This document shows positions 8,614 through 22,028 of a stretch of DNA of 64,000 nt, one piece after another. The stretch is from Convolutriloba macropyga. Its lineage: Eukaryota. Positions within the stretch are counted from its first letter, which is position 1. Every line of letters begins with the position of its first letter. The notes beneath the pieces are model-generated. The model made no database searches and had not been told where the DNA came from. It was given only the letters and a program-made list of their open reading frames with translations. A program made the translations under genes and the position numbers. The DNA is taken from NCBI RefSeq assembly GCF_964194025.1, contig NC_134480.1:42036001-42100000 (forward strand). The letters are read 5' to 3'.

Positions 8614-11600
8614 ATGCCTGCTCTCGTTAGAAATCTTCCAGTGGAAAGCGCAAAGTGCAAAAAAATGGTTGCTAAACTAAACATGACCAGACGAACTAAA
8701 CATGACAAAAATCTTGTGATAATGGGACTTTATCTTGTCCCAAATTTTATAATTTTTATACAAAGAAGAAGGAAGACTTGAATTATCACCTTGCCAAGCA
8801 TCATGCCCCAAAAATTATGCAGCTTAGTACTGCGTGTACTGTGTGCTTGGAAAAATTCCCAAGCTTCTATTCTCTTCAACAACACAAGAGGAGAAAGCAT
8901 GGAACTTCTACAAAAGTTGGGATCAATTCGAGTGAAAAGCTCGAAGAAGTCCTATAATCAGAGGAACTAGACCAGAACAACAAGCAATTGCAGCAGGAAC
9001 TAAGTGCTTGCCAGCACTGTTTTGACGATACGGAAATGGAGAATGGGAGACATCGAGTGTTCAACTTCAAGTTGTCCAAGCTCAATCCCAATGAGGTCAA
9101 CGATAAATTAATAGAAGTTTTTGAAAAATTAAATTGCGCTGCCAAGGTGAATATAGCTCTTGGATTTATCTTGCGTAATGCGGACACAGATGAGTATCGA
9201 TACTTTTATGCACATGAGAACAACACATTTTTTGAAAAATCTCATTTGCTCTGCTGAAAAGGAGACTTTGTTTCATTTCAAGACAGAGTAGAGAAAATGG
9301 ATCTAGTGCAGACGTGTGCACAGGAGAGGGAACATACAAAGTGGCGATTTGCTTTAACTACTAAATTAACAATATTTTGCTGCGCTCTCTTAAAAAACAT
9401 TCCAATGGGATGTATCGATGCTGTTCTTCCTGAACAGTTACTTAGACGATCAGATGTGAATTATCTTGTATCAAATGGTTACGGCGAGACTTACAAAGAT
9501 TATCTTTGCCTGTTCAGAGCTATAGCTGTTCACTTGTATGGAACATCTGAGATGGAAACGAATGCAGCAAATTTGTTTAGTGCTTTTCTTCATGAATCTG
9601 GACATGACGCAATCAACTCAGGGGAGTACCAATTGATCACCTCGTGTTTGTTGAAAATGCGATAAAGCATAATATCTTTGTTTATGATATTTTTATAGAG
9701 GAAGGAGAATTTGTCGGAGAACTTGCGAGAAGAAGTGTTGAAATGTATGAGAAAAATTTTAATTTACTGCGATACAACAATCATATTTGCTACGTGGATG
9801 ATTCTAAAACATTCTTTAAACGATTCCGCTGTCTAAGTTGCGATACATTTATAAAGCACGCAAGTAATTTCAACCGTCACGTAAAATCTTGCAAAGACAG
9901 AGAACAGCATATTTACCCAAAGAGTGTGCATACTCTGCGAGAAACTTTGTTTGATAAACTCGATGGGTTTCGAATTTCTTACAACGATGATCAAAAATTG
10001 TTCAAAAACTTGGCTATTTTTGACTTTGAATCTACCTGCGTTCCCACTGATGAGCTAAAAGATACAAATACAACTACTTTGATTGGAAAACATGAGCCAA
10101 TATCCTGTCTCCATTTCCTCCAATTTGATTGAAGAACCTGTGTTTCTATGCGACAAAGACCATAAGAACTTGATTGTTTCTTTTGTCGAAGCTCTTGAGG
10201 AGTTAGCTAACAAGAGTAAAACTGAAATGCAAACAAAATTTGCATCAATTCAGGAGACAATCAATAGCCGAGTTAAAGCCAACTTTGAAAAATTGAACGA
10301 AAGGAAAGGTCACACAACTCCTGCATTTGATTTCGTAGATGAGTGTATTGAAGAGGAGGAGGAAGCTGATATGTCTACTCAGAAAAATTTATTTTTGGAC
10401 CTGCAACAACACTTTGAGCGTTATATCAACACATTACCTGTATTTGGATTCAACAGTGGAAAGTACGATTTGAATCTCATCAAATCTTACTTTCTACCTT
10501 GTCTCATTCACGAGCGGGATATTCAACCAACAGTTATCAAAAAGGCGAACCATTTTGTTTCCTTCAAGTTCGGTGACGTGCAGTTTCTCGACATTCTAAT
10601 TTTCCTAGGAGGAGCTACATCTCTCGATTCATTCCTCAAAGCTTACAAGACCAGCGAGACTAAAGGATTCTTCCCATATGAATGGTTCGATTCTTCAAAT
10701 AAACTTGACGCAACTTTTCTACCCCCTATGAGTGTTTCTGCAGTAAATTGAAGGATCATAACCCCTTGCAGAAAGAGTTCACTGATTTTACAAAATTACT
10801 GAACAGCAGACTATCTCAACAATAAGCCCTGAAAAAGTTGAGACAGGAAGACGTTCCCCCATCTGGAGTCGATAACTACAATTACTTGAAAGTGATTTGG
10901 GTGGAAGAGCAAGTGTCTACATTTAGAGATTTTGTCAAGTGGTACAACAACAAGGATGTTGTTCCAACACTGGAAGCAATGCAAAAAATGATGGAATTTT
11001 ACCACAAAAAAGGTATCGACATGTTAAAACTTGGATGTACACTTCCCAATTTAGCAAACATTTGTCTTCACAAGTCAACAAATCACAAGTTTTTCCGGTT
11101 TGTTGAAAGTGACAAGGATTTACATGATAAAATACGCGAGGACACGACTGGTGGACCTTCTATTGTTTTCACAAGAAAGGCAGTAGTTGATCAAACCTAC
11201 ATCAGGAATTCAGAAAATATATGTAAATCTATCGTGGGTATTGATGCTAGTCAACTCTATCCCTTTTCAATGTGTCAAGAAAAGCCAACAGGGCTTTACA
11301 CACAATGGCAGCTCGACACAAATTTTCAAAAATTCAAAGCTCGAACCAATAAACCTCGAACATTTGAGAACATGGTCATGTCTTATCTCCAATCACAACG
11401 CCCAGAATGCACAATTAAAAGCTATTATACAACCGGGAAACAGAAAAAGATTGACTGTTTTAGCGTGGACGGTTTTTGTGCTCGTTGCTACACAGTATTC
11501 GAAGCCATGGGTTGTTATTTCCATTTTTGCCCATGCCAAGAATCACAAGTTTTTCCGATTTGTTGAAAGTGACAAGGATTTACATGATAAAATACGCGAG

Positions 11601-13918
11601 GACATGACTGGTGGACCTTCTATTGTTTTCACAAGAAAGGCAGTAGTTGATCAAACCTACATCAGGAATTCAGAAAATATATGTAAATCTATCGTGGGTA
11701 TTGATGCTAGTCAACTCTATCCCTTTTCAATATGTCAAGAAATGCCGACAGGGCTTTACACACAATGGCAGCTCGACAAAAATTTTCAAAAATTCAAAGC
11801 TCGAACCAATAAACCTCGAACATTTGAGAACATGGTCATGTCTTATCTCCAATCACAACGCGCAGAATGCACAATTGAAAGCTATTATACAACCGGGAAA
11901 CAGAAAAAGATTGATTGTTTTAGCGTGGACGGTTTTTTGTGCTCGTTGCTACACAGTATTCGAAGCCATGGGTTGTTATTTCCATTTTTGCCCATGCCAA
12001 GAATCACAAGTTTTTCTGATTTGTTGAAAGTGACAAGGATTTACTTGATAAAATACGCGAGGACATGACTGGTGGACCTTTTATTGTTTTCACAAGAAAG
12101 GCAGTAGTTGATCAAACCTACATCAGGAATTCAGAAAATATATGTAAATCTATCGTGGGTATTGATGCTAGTCAACTCTATCCCTTTTCAATGTGTCAAG
12201 AAAAGCCAACAGGGCTTTACACACAATGGCAGCTCGACACAAATTTTCAAAAATTCAAAGCTCGAACCAATAAACCTCGAACATTTGAGAACATGGTCAT
12301 GTCTTATCTCCAATCACAACGCCCAGAATGCACAATTGAAAGCTATTATACAACCGGGAAACAGAAAAAGATTGACTGTTTTAGCGTGAACGGCTTTTGT
12401 GCTCATTGCTACACAGTATTCGAAGCCATGTGTTGTTATTTCCATTTTTGCCCATGCCAAGAATATCGAGCAAGCCTCTCGGAGGAGGAAATGCAGAGAG
12501 GAATCAGAAAAAGAGAACATGATGAACTGAGAAGAGATTATTTGAGAAACAAAAGATACAATATTGTTGAAGTCTGGGAGTGTAAATGGTGGGAAAGAGC
12601 TAAAGAAGAGGAAAATGTCAGAAATCACGTGAGGAAGAACTTTCCCTTCAAATTACCTATGAAGCAGGAGTCTCTTTTAGCGAAAATAAGAGATGGGAAA
12701 ATGTTTGGATATGTACAGTGCGTTCTCGAAGTTCCAGACGGATTAAAGTACAAGTTCTCTAATTTCCCTCCTATTTTTAAGAACTTTAATGTCACTCGAG
12801 CCGATATGGGAGATTATATGAGAGAGTATGCAATTGAAAACAACCTACTCAAACAACCTCAACAATATTGATTTCGAGCTTCAAGTTGGAAAATGGGACA
12901 ATCATTAATCCTTTACTCAACTTTTATCTCAGTCTTGGTCTGAAATGCACAAAAATATATAGATTTGTACAATACACGCCCAAAAAATGCCGTCAACAAT
13001 TTTGATCAGTCAGTGGTAGATGCTAGAAGAGCGGGTGATGAAAATCGATGCTAGAAGAGCGGGTGATGAAAATCCTGACTCTAGCGTTGTGGCTGAGACA
13101 AGGAAATTGTTGGGTAACAGCTCTTATTGATATCAAATTATGGACAGAAGTAGACACACAGAGACCAAGTACCTGAATGATGAGAAGACGCACAAAGCAA
13201 TCAATGGGAAAATGTTTAAACGTCTGAACAATGTGTCAAAAGAAGTTTACGAAGTTGAGCTTGCAGAACCCAAAATTGAGCATGGAGAACCTATAATGGT
13301 TGGGTTTTTTATACTTCAATACGCTAAGCTACGTATGTTGGAGCTCTATTACATTTTTTCGATAAATTTTGCGATGGTGACAAGTTTGAGGTGTTGGAAA
13401 TTGACACAGATTCTCTTTATTTAGCGCTAGTGCACGAGAACTTGTACGATTGCATTAGAACTGCTAAAGAGGAAGAATAGGAGACTTTGCGAGAGAAGGA
13501 CTGTGATGATTCCTTCAGAGCAGATGCCTCACACAACGTTTTCTCTAGAACATGTTGCTCAAAGCACAAGAAGCACGATAAAAGAGAGCCAGGACTCTTC
13601 AAAGAAGAATTCAGATGCACCGAAATGATTTGTCTCTGCAGTAAAACCTATTGCTGCTACGATGCCAAATCTGACAAGTACAAATTTAGTAGCAAAGGCT
13701 TGAACAAAAGAACTCTGGAGGAGACTGGAGATGGAGCAATGGAAAAATATCGACGAGTGATGGATGAAATTATCAACCTTACTTCGACAAACAGAGGGTT
13801 CAGAACAATAAATCATTGTGTTGCTACAAATGAACAGAGGAATGAAGGGCTGTCCTATTTCCATCCCAAACGAGTAGTTCTGGCTGACGGTATCCATACC
13901 GAAACCCTCAAATTGTAG
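8614..13918 (+). pseudogene. Protein-primed family B DNA polymerase (pPolB) with N-terminal C2H2 fingers, OTU-like domain and Vsr-like nuclease insertion; disrupted
   Basis: C2H2 (CTVCLEKFPSFYSLQQHKRRKH); OTU-like CLFRAIAVHLYG...YNNHICY; Exo I IFDFES, Exo II GFNSGKYD, Exo III YNNKDV; Pol A GIDASQLYP; Vsr-like VDGFC...FEAMGCYFH...VWECKW; Pol B KLLGNSSY; Pol C IDTDS; KTY. Many frameshifts and stops. Confidence 0.95.
11081..12464 (+). repeat. Tandem triplication (~460-bp unit) inside pPolB
   Basis: Units start AATCACAAGTTTTT at 11081, 11541 and 12002. Near-identical, with scattered substitutions. Confidence 0.95.
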
Positions 13919-15123
13919 AGTTTTTATCATAATTTTTCTTTTTGTTGTTTATTATCTGATATTTTTATTATTTTGTCTTTGTGATTTTTTAAACATATGC
14001 TTTATAATTTATACCTATTTAATGTAAATGTTCGAGTAATTTTGTAGCTTTGATGTGCATAACTTATACTGTGTCTGTTATTTATAACTTTTGCAATTCC
14101 ATTTTTTAAAAAACTGTCATTTTTAACCAAACAGAAAAGAGTATTTAGAAATTATTGAAAAAAAACTATAAACTGCTAACCAATCAGAAGAGAGTATTTA
14201 GAAATTATTGAAAAAAAAAACTATAAACTGCTAAAAAATAACATCCTTCTATTATTAATGGAGCGGATCCTAATTATCTAATCCAGTACGCGCGGATCAT
14301 TACTAGCCAAATTATTGACCCCGAACAGCTACTATGACGTAATTTTATCCCAAAAACAGAAAAATTTTGCAAAAAATTCTGCAAAAACTGCAAACAATCT
14401 GCAAAAAATACCGTAGATCCTATTCCTAATCTTAATACATATCAACGGCTATAACTATACTTCGACAAACAGAGGGTTCAGAACAATAAATCATTGTGTT
14501 GCTACAAATGAACAGACGAAGAAAGGGCTGTCCTTTTTCCATCCCAAACGAGTAGTTCTAGCTGACAGTATCCATACCGAAAACCTCAAATTGTAGAGTT
14601 TTTATCATAATTTTTTTTTTGTTGTTTATTATCTGATATTTTTATTATTTTGTCTTTTTGATTTTTTATAACTATGCTTTATAATTTATACCTATTAAAT
14701 GTAAATGTTCGAGTGATTTTGTAGTTTTGATGTGCATAACTTATACTGTGTCTGTTATTTATAACTTTTGCAATTCCATTTTTTAAAAAACTGTCATTTT
14801 TAACCAATCAGAAAAGAGTATTTAGAAATTATTGAAAAAAAAACTATAAACTGCTAACCAATCAGAAGAGAGTATTTAGAAATTATTGAAAAAAAAACTA
14901 TAAACTGCTAAAAAATAACATCCTTCTATTATTAATGGAGCGTATCCTAATTATCTAATCCAGTACGTGCGGATCATTACTAGCCAAATTATTGACCCCG
15001 AACAGCTACTATGACGTAATTTTATCCCAAAAACAGAAAAATTTTGCAAAAAATTCTGCAAAAACTGCAAAAAATACCGTAGATCCTATTCCTAATCTTA
15101 ATACATGTCAACGGCTATAACTA
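13780..15123 (+). repeat. Tandem duplication (~0.67-kb unit) of the pPolB 3' end and subterminal region
   Basis: TACTTCGACAAACAGAGGG at 13780 and 14458. Both copies end ...CAACGGCTATAACTA. Confidence 0.95.
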
Positions 15124-15367
15124 TTCCTAATACATGTCAGCGGCTATAACTAATCGTAATACATGGAGATTCTATTCCTATTCCTAATACATGGAGCCTG
15201 ATCTTAATACATCGAGCCTATACCCTATCTTAATACATGCAGGCGCCCCTAGATTCTATACCCAATCTTAATACATTAGGGAAGACCCTAATCGGTCAAA
15301 GCCGCTATAAACAATCTTAATACATGGGGTCTTCACCCCCGGGAGGGTCGCTCACCCTATTACTACT
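15075..15367. repeat. Maverick right terminal region (TIR) with reiterated TAATACAT motif
   Basis: About eight (C/T)TAATACAT copies, short GC hairpins (GGGGTCTTCACCCC; AGGGTCGCTCACCCT), then TACTACT. The inner TIR boundary cannot be fixed without the left end. Confidence 0.8.
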
Positions 15368-15384
15368 AATCCCAAATATTTTGG

Positions 15385-16130
15385 TAATTTTCACAATTTT
15401 TTCGACTCGGTGGCTACCAATACCCATCCTGAAAGAGGTTTCATAGCATGCAATGTAGAAAATATTCAGCCTCCAGCTACACAGAGCACCCCTTTAAGAG
15501 GCAGCTAATCAAGCTCAGGATCAACAGAACCCCTCAATCTTTATTGTCGTTGTTTAAAAATTTCCCCATGCAACGGCCGAATTCGAGTCTTAATCTCTAC
15601 ATCATGTCGCAAATGGCTTTAAAATTTTGCAATCGAATCTTGCAGATCTTTGTTTCTTAGATGTGGTTTTGTGTCTTTTGGACAATTGGTGGCCGGTGCC
15701 ACGGTGAAGATTTTGCTTTAGGAACCCATTAATGGCTTTTAAGATTGATCCCAGACATTGTTTAGAAAATATCACAAGCTTTTTATTTAGAAAATCAAAT
15801 TGATGGTTAACGGCCTTGGTGTTCCTATAATTTTTGCCAGCATCAGCTTTTAGTTCTAATCTTGCTTGAAGCTCACTTCCTATCGTTAATCAATGAGGAA
15901 AGAGTTCCCTTTGCAATGGCTAATCTTTAGTCTCAATTGCATCATCATATCACAAATCACTTTAAAACATCTCCAAAAACTCTTGCAGTTTGTGTTCATT
16001 GAATGAGTGTAGTCACCATTTGGACGATTGAAGCCTAGAGCCAGCACAATATGATCCCCATAGGCACAAAATAATTGCTTTTATGGCTGTATCCCGGCCA
16101 TTACACAAGCTATATAATAAAGTCGCACAC
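15385..16130 (+). repeat. Unclassified repeat, paralog of 23125-24000
   Basis: Colinear diverged match, e.g. GACTCGGTGGCTACCAATACCCATCCTG vs GACTCGGTGTCTACCAATCCCCATCCTG. Both contain CACTTTAAAACATC(T/C)CCAAAAACTCTTGCA-like text. Confidence 0.8.
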
Positions 16131-17711
16131 GTTTTAAAAATAGATATGATTGACCGTATCCAAGTGATATCATAACAAACACCTTTTTAACATTTTAATG
16201 CCCGCATAGCAAACGCAGCGGAAAGATTCAAAATAATTGCAACCTGGCAAGATAACCCGACAGGACGGCAAATAGTAGGACAAGTGGGAAAAATAAGAGT
16301 AAGTGCGTGGACCAATAGCATTTGGATCGCTCTCCTTCTGAACGTTGCTCAAGAATTTTACCGTGGTAATGAGCTAGAACTATTTTGAAGGATTTGGTTC
16401 GCAGCATATTTTTAAAAATTACTGATAGGGAAATTTTTAGTATAATAACCTTTGCTCTCTATTCTTAAAGAACATAATTTCTGCGAATTAAAGTAGCTTT
16501 TTGGCAAATTGCGTAGACCATCTGATATTATACCAAACGCGCTGTGAGAGGCGGCTATATATGTTCATGCGTGTGCTAAAGTTGAAGAGGAAGATACTTT
16601 ATTGTTCCAGATTGTACAAGCATTAGAATCTGTGATAAGTCAACTGCGAATATGCAAACAAATGACAACCCCGATTTCTGAATTGCATATGTTTACAGCT
16701 CCTAGATGAAGAATTTCGGAAATTGAATACAACCCCTTAGAAAACTGCAAAACCGAAAATAGCTGAAAGTGAGTATGAAGCATTTTAAATTTTGGTTAAT
16801 GAAAGTAAATTAGAGGAGTTGACGTATCAATTATGAGGGTCCATTTTTTTAACAATCTCTGACTATTCCTGAACTCCATCTCAACAAATTTTAAACCATT
16901 CGCTATTAAAATGAGGCTATCAGAAGTTTCAATTATGCTTTGGTGGAAAAACAACCTGAGAAAGCAAAACATTTAAAAAAGTCATTCACATCATGGAGAA
17001 ACAATTGAGAAAGCAAACAAATTAATTGATTGGTTCAATTGTAATTATCAAAGGAGGAAACTCGCTGAACTTTCACGAATCAAAACTGCGTCTTTTCATA
17101 TAGATTTAGATATATCTCATTTCTGGCTTGGAACTATTTACAAAATGAAACTGAAGAGTAGGACAACCACAAAAAATAAATTTGGACAGCGCTCAATTTT
17201 CACTTTTTTTTCAAAACATTTAGTGTCAAATCAAATGAAGAATGAGCTAAAAAAATAACCAATGATAACTTCACTATATTCTAAAACTGAAAACAACGAG
17301 ACCGTGCTGTATTCAGACTGAGACAATACATAATAAGAGTTCAAACAACAGCATGTATTCACCATCAAGACAAATGCATCGCCTTTATTCTTACTTGCCT
17401 GTATGTCACGACAAAGAATATCAAAATAGACCTCTAATGACTGCAAAGCTGAAAAAATAACTCTAAAATCGAAACATCTTTACAGATTCTTGTAAAGGCG
17501 AGACATAAAAGCAACGGCGAGACATAAAATGACTCTATCTTGCTCTTAAGTTAGAAAGACCCGTGATTACTCAAAATTTGACAATAATTGTTCAAAAATT
17601 AAGCAAATTGTTTTATAAAACCCAAAAAAGTGATTAAAATCAAAAATTAATGAAAATCGAAATGTTCACTTAAACTTTAAATCTCGATAAACCCTGAAAA
17701 AAAATAACTTT

Positions 17712-18790
17712 GGGATAAAAGAGTAATTAAAATAGACCGGACAATTACATTTGCGCTTGATTCAAAAACTCTAGAAAAAGCGCTCCACAAAAACAAATGT
17801 CAAATATCAGATATTTATTCGTTTAGCCGATTCTACTTTCACTTATCGGAAAGCACTGTATACGTCTGCAACTTAGAATTAAACTCTACATCTAGTTGAT
17901 TAAACGTAAACTTGCATCCTGACGCAGTTAAGCATTGCAAATCTATTGTGATACGTGCGGAAGTGACTAACACAAGTTGTTTTAAAATTGGACTTTACGG
18001 TATCACGGACATAACAGCTTTACTACAGAAATCAATGGACAGTTCATAGATTGGAGTAGATTTCATATTGTTCTCTGGCTTTGATTTTTCAGGAAAAAGT
18101 TCGAAAGGAGACTAATTAAAACATATTTTTGACTGCCTTAAATCACTAGAAAAAGAAATTTGTCGAACTATTGTTCCCACATGTCGTTTCCCACAGGCAG
18201 AATTAGATTGGATGGGCTATTATGTTTCACTATACGGCATTTTGTTCTCGAACACAAAACATCTATCATATCACTCGAACCGCCTGAAACACAAAAGTTT
18301 TATTCTGTTAATTGGTCAGTTCTGTATAAAAGTAAAGTTATACTTAATCTAGCCCTAGCTGTTTCCCAGTTCGTCATTTTTTTTGCAAATCAGGGAGTTT
18401 TTGTTTGGACAGATTTACTTGGAAACATTTTGGTGATATTAATTCCCGCATAGCAAACGCACCGGAAAGATTCATAATAATTGCAACCTGGCACGATAAG
18501 CCGACATGACGGCTGATATTAGGACCACTAAGAAAACTGAGAGTAGGTGCGTGCGTGGACCAATAGCATTTGGATCGTTCTCTTTCTGAATGTTCCTGAA
18601 GAATGTTAATTTGGTAATAAGCTAGAACGTTTTGGAGCAATTTGACTTGCTGAATCTTTTTAAAAGTTGTTGGTACGGAAATTTTTTGTATAATAATCTT
18701 TGCTCTGTTCTTAAAGAACATATTTTCTAAGAATCAAAAGTATCTTTTTTGGCAAATTGCATATATCATCTATTATTATAACTAACGCGC
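17712..18790 (+). pseudogene. Ty3/gypsy RT-RNase H remnant
   Basis: Manual reading: RVIKIDRTITFALDSKTLEKALHKNKCQI...LHPDAVKHC...FKIGLYGITDITALLQKSMD...PIAFGS...NKLE. This matches gypsy RT and RNase H motif order. Confidence 0.75.
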
Positions 18791-20865
18791 CGCGAAAAGC
18801 CTTTACAGATGACATTCATGCTTGTGCTAAATATGAAAAGGAAGATACCTTTTTGTTCCACATGGCACAAGGATTTGGATCTTCGATAAATCAACTGCGA
18901 ATATGCAAACAAAAGACAACCCCGATTTCTGAAATTGCACATGTTTACAGCCCTCAGTGAAGTTTTTCGGTTTTGGCAACCGCACTAAATATATGGTTGT
19001 TTTTTCGGAAATTGATTTATCAGATAAAAAATCCTTACTCAAGAAGTAAAAAAGGAAAAGCAATGAATAAAGCTCCGAATTATTCGATGTTGAATTTTAG
19101 AATATGAATACAACCCATTAGAAAACTGCAAAACAGAAAAAACTGCCGATGAGTATGAAGCATTATAAATTTTTGGTTAATGAGAATAAATGACAAGTTG
19201 GCAAATCAATATTGAGGGTCCACTTTTTTTTATTAATCTCTTACTATTCTTGAACACCATCTTAACGAATTTTAAACCATTCGCTGTTAAAATGACGCTA
19301 TCAGAAGTTTCAATTATAATTTCGTGGAAAAAAAATCGGAGAAAGCAAAACATTTATAAAAACAATGCGAAAAAACATGTTAACATTATGGATAGACAAT
19401 TGAGAAAGCAAACAAATTAATTCATCGGTTCAATTGTAATCATCAAAGAAGGATACTATCCAAACTTTTACGAATTTAAACTGCGTCTCTTCCTATAGAT
19501 TTAGATATATCTCATTTCTGACGTTGGCACAAATTGAAAAATGAGACTGAAAGGTAAAAACGAAAAATCCAGATTTATGTAACACTTTGTATAATTCTAA
19601 AAACAACGGCGAGACATAAAACGACTCTATATTGCTCTAAAGTTACAAAGACCCGTGCAGACTCAAAATTTGACAATAATTGTTCCAAAATTTATCAACT
19701 TCTTTTATAAAGCCCAAAAAAGTGATTAAAATCAAAAACCTATGACATGATGAAATATTCACTTAAACTTTAAATCTCGGGATAAAAGAGTAATTAAAAT
19801 AGACCGGACAATTACATTTGCGCTTGATTCAAAAACTCTAGAAAAAGCGCTCCACAAAAACAAATGTCAAATATCAGATATTTATTCGTTTAGCCGATTC
19901 TACATGTTAACATTATGGATAGACAATTGAGAAAGCAAACAAATTAATTCATCGGTTCAATTGTAATCATCAAAGAAGGATACTATCCAAACTTTTACGA
20001 ATTTAAACTGCGTCTCTTCCTATAGATTTAGATATATCTCATTTCTGACGTTGGCACAAATTGAAAAATGAGACTGAAAGGTAAAAACGAAAAATCCAGA
20101 TTTATGTAACACTTTGTATAATTCTAAAAACAACGGCGAGACATAAAACGACTCTATATTGCTCTAAAGTTACAAAGACCCGTGCAGACTCAAAATTTGA
20201 CAATAATTGTTCCAAAATTTATCAACTTCTTTTGGTTAATGAGAATAAATGACAAGTTGGCAAATCAATATTGAGGGTCCACTTTTTTTTATTAATCTCT
20301 TACTATTCTTGAACACCATCTTAACGAATTTTAAACCATTCGCTGTTAAAATGACGCTATCAGAAGTTTCAATTATAATTTCGTGGAAAAAAAATCGGAG
20401 AAAGCAAAACATTTATAAAAACAATGCGAAAAAACATGTTAACATTATGGATAGACAATTGAGAAAGCAAACAAATTAATTCATCGGTTCAATTGTAATC
20501 ATCAAAGAAGGATACTATCCAAACTTTTACGAATTTAAACTGCGTCTCTTCCTATAGATTTAGATATATCTCATTTCTGACGTTGGCACAAATTGAAAAA
20601 TGAGACTGAAAGGTAAAAACGAAAAATCCAGATTTATGTAACACTTTGTATAATTCTAAAAACAACGGCGAGACATAAAACGACTCTATATTGCTCTAAA
20701 GTTACAAAGACCCGTGCAGACTCAAAATTTGACAATAATTGTTCCAAAATTTATCAACTTCTTTTATAAAGCCCAAAAAAGTGATTAAAATCAAAAACCT
20801 ATGACATGATGAAATATTCACTTAAACTTTAAATCTCGATAACTCCTCAAAAAAAAGTGATTTTT

Positions 20866-21990
20866 GGATATAAGAGTAATTAAATTAGACAGGACAATTA
20901 CACTCGCGCTTGATTCAAAAGCTCTGAAAAAACACTTCCCAAAAAGAAATACCAAATATCAAATATCTATACGATTAGTCGATTCTGTTTTCAAAACAAA
21001 TAAGGGATCCCTTATCGCAAAGCCCTGTATACGTCTGCAACACAGAATTAAATTAAGCATCTAGTCAAATAAAATTAAACTTGCTTCTTGACACAGTTAA
21101 GCATTTAAGATTTTTTTATGATACCTGCTGAAATGACTAGCGCAAGTCATTTTAACATTGAATTTTATGGTCTCAAGGACACGACGGCTTTACTACAGAA
21201 ATCAATGGACAATTCATTGATTGGAGTAAATTTCATTTTATTTTCTGGTTTCGATTTTTGATTTACAGGAAAAAGTTCAGAAGCAGAAGCAGACTAATTA
21301 AAACAAGTTTTTGACTGGCGTAGGCAACTAGATTATCAATATTGTTGAATCAATCTTCCCAAATGTCACTTCGCAAGGGCAGAAACAAATTGGCGGGGCT
21401 ATTATGTTTCGCCGGCCGGTAGTTTTCCCCTCGAACGCAAAATTATCTATCTTGTCTCTTATGCCGCCAGAAACCCTCGTTTTGTTTTTTTTCTTGGATC
21501 AGTCCTGTATATAAGTAAAGTTATACTTAACCTGGCCTCAATCTGTTACCCACTTCGTCCAGTTTTTTGCAAATCTGAAATAGAAATCAGAACAGAAATA
21601 CTTGAAAACTTTTCCGTGACATTGATACCCTCAACCGCAACCGAAAAGTTGATAGCATTGATAGCAAACGCAACCGAAAAGTTCATAATAATTGCAACCT
21701 GGTTCTATAACGTGAAAGGACGGCAAAAACTAGGACTGCTAGGAAAACTAACAGTTATTGCATTCACCAATATCGTTTGGATCGCTCACTTTCTGAACGC
21801 CGCTGCAAAATGTTACCGTGGTATTGAGCTAGAACTACTTGGGATGATTTGGCTGCCTGATTATTTTAAAAACTAATTGCACGGAAACTTTTAGTATAGT
21901 AACCTTTGCTCTCTATTCTAAAAGAACTTAGTTTCTGCGAATCATAAATAACCGACTTGAAAATTGCGTAGATCATCTGTTACCATACCT
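20866..21990 (+). pseudogene. Ty3/gypsy RT-RNase H remnant (second copy)
   Basis: ORF 20864-21064 (RVIKLDRTITLALDSKALKK) and ORF 21616-21876 (IANATEK...FLNAAAKCYRGIELELLGMIWLPDYFKN), the latter matching RNase H 'ELELLGVVW'. Confidence 0.75.
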
Positions 21991-22028
21991 AACTTTCTGC
22001 GGGAGGCCGTTATAGATGACATTCATGC

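Larger units (their letters stand above)
1..15367. mobile_element. Maverick/Polinton (endogenous polintovirus-like element), right part; left end and capsid/protease module lie outside the window
   Basis: Retroviral-type integrase, A32/FtsK-like ATPase and protein-primed PolB occur together. The element ends in ...CCCTATTACTACT (15367), the reverse complement of the AGTAGT-type Polinton terminus, followed by AATCCC (candidate 6-bp TSD; partner not in window). Confidence 0.95.

Noticed and set aside
2477-13918. Alternative genetic code (TGA where Trp is expected)
   Set aside because: TGG is used normally. TAA/TAG stops and frameshifts occur in the same genes, and TGA also replaces Gly in motif B. 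Ordinary decay explains it.
8876-13930. Antisense ORFs over pPolB (8876-9187, 10811-11005, 12314-12628, 13559-13930)
   Set aside because: Shadow frames of the polymerase with no independent motifs.
1-15367. Capsid, protease or fusogen genes in the Maverick
   Set aside because: None recognisable in the window. The element continues leftward, so absence cannot be claimed.
17231-17446. ORF faintly resembling the PI31/PSMF1 N-terminus (SLEVYF...DAFV)
   Set aside because: The match is too short, it lies in a repeated unit, and the paralog near 29.0-29.15 kb has stops in this frame.
19190-20479. Two identical 76-aa ORFs as a gene pair
   Set aside because: By-product of the recent local duplication; the older paralog near 16.8-17.0 kb does not keep the frame.
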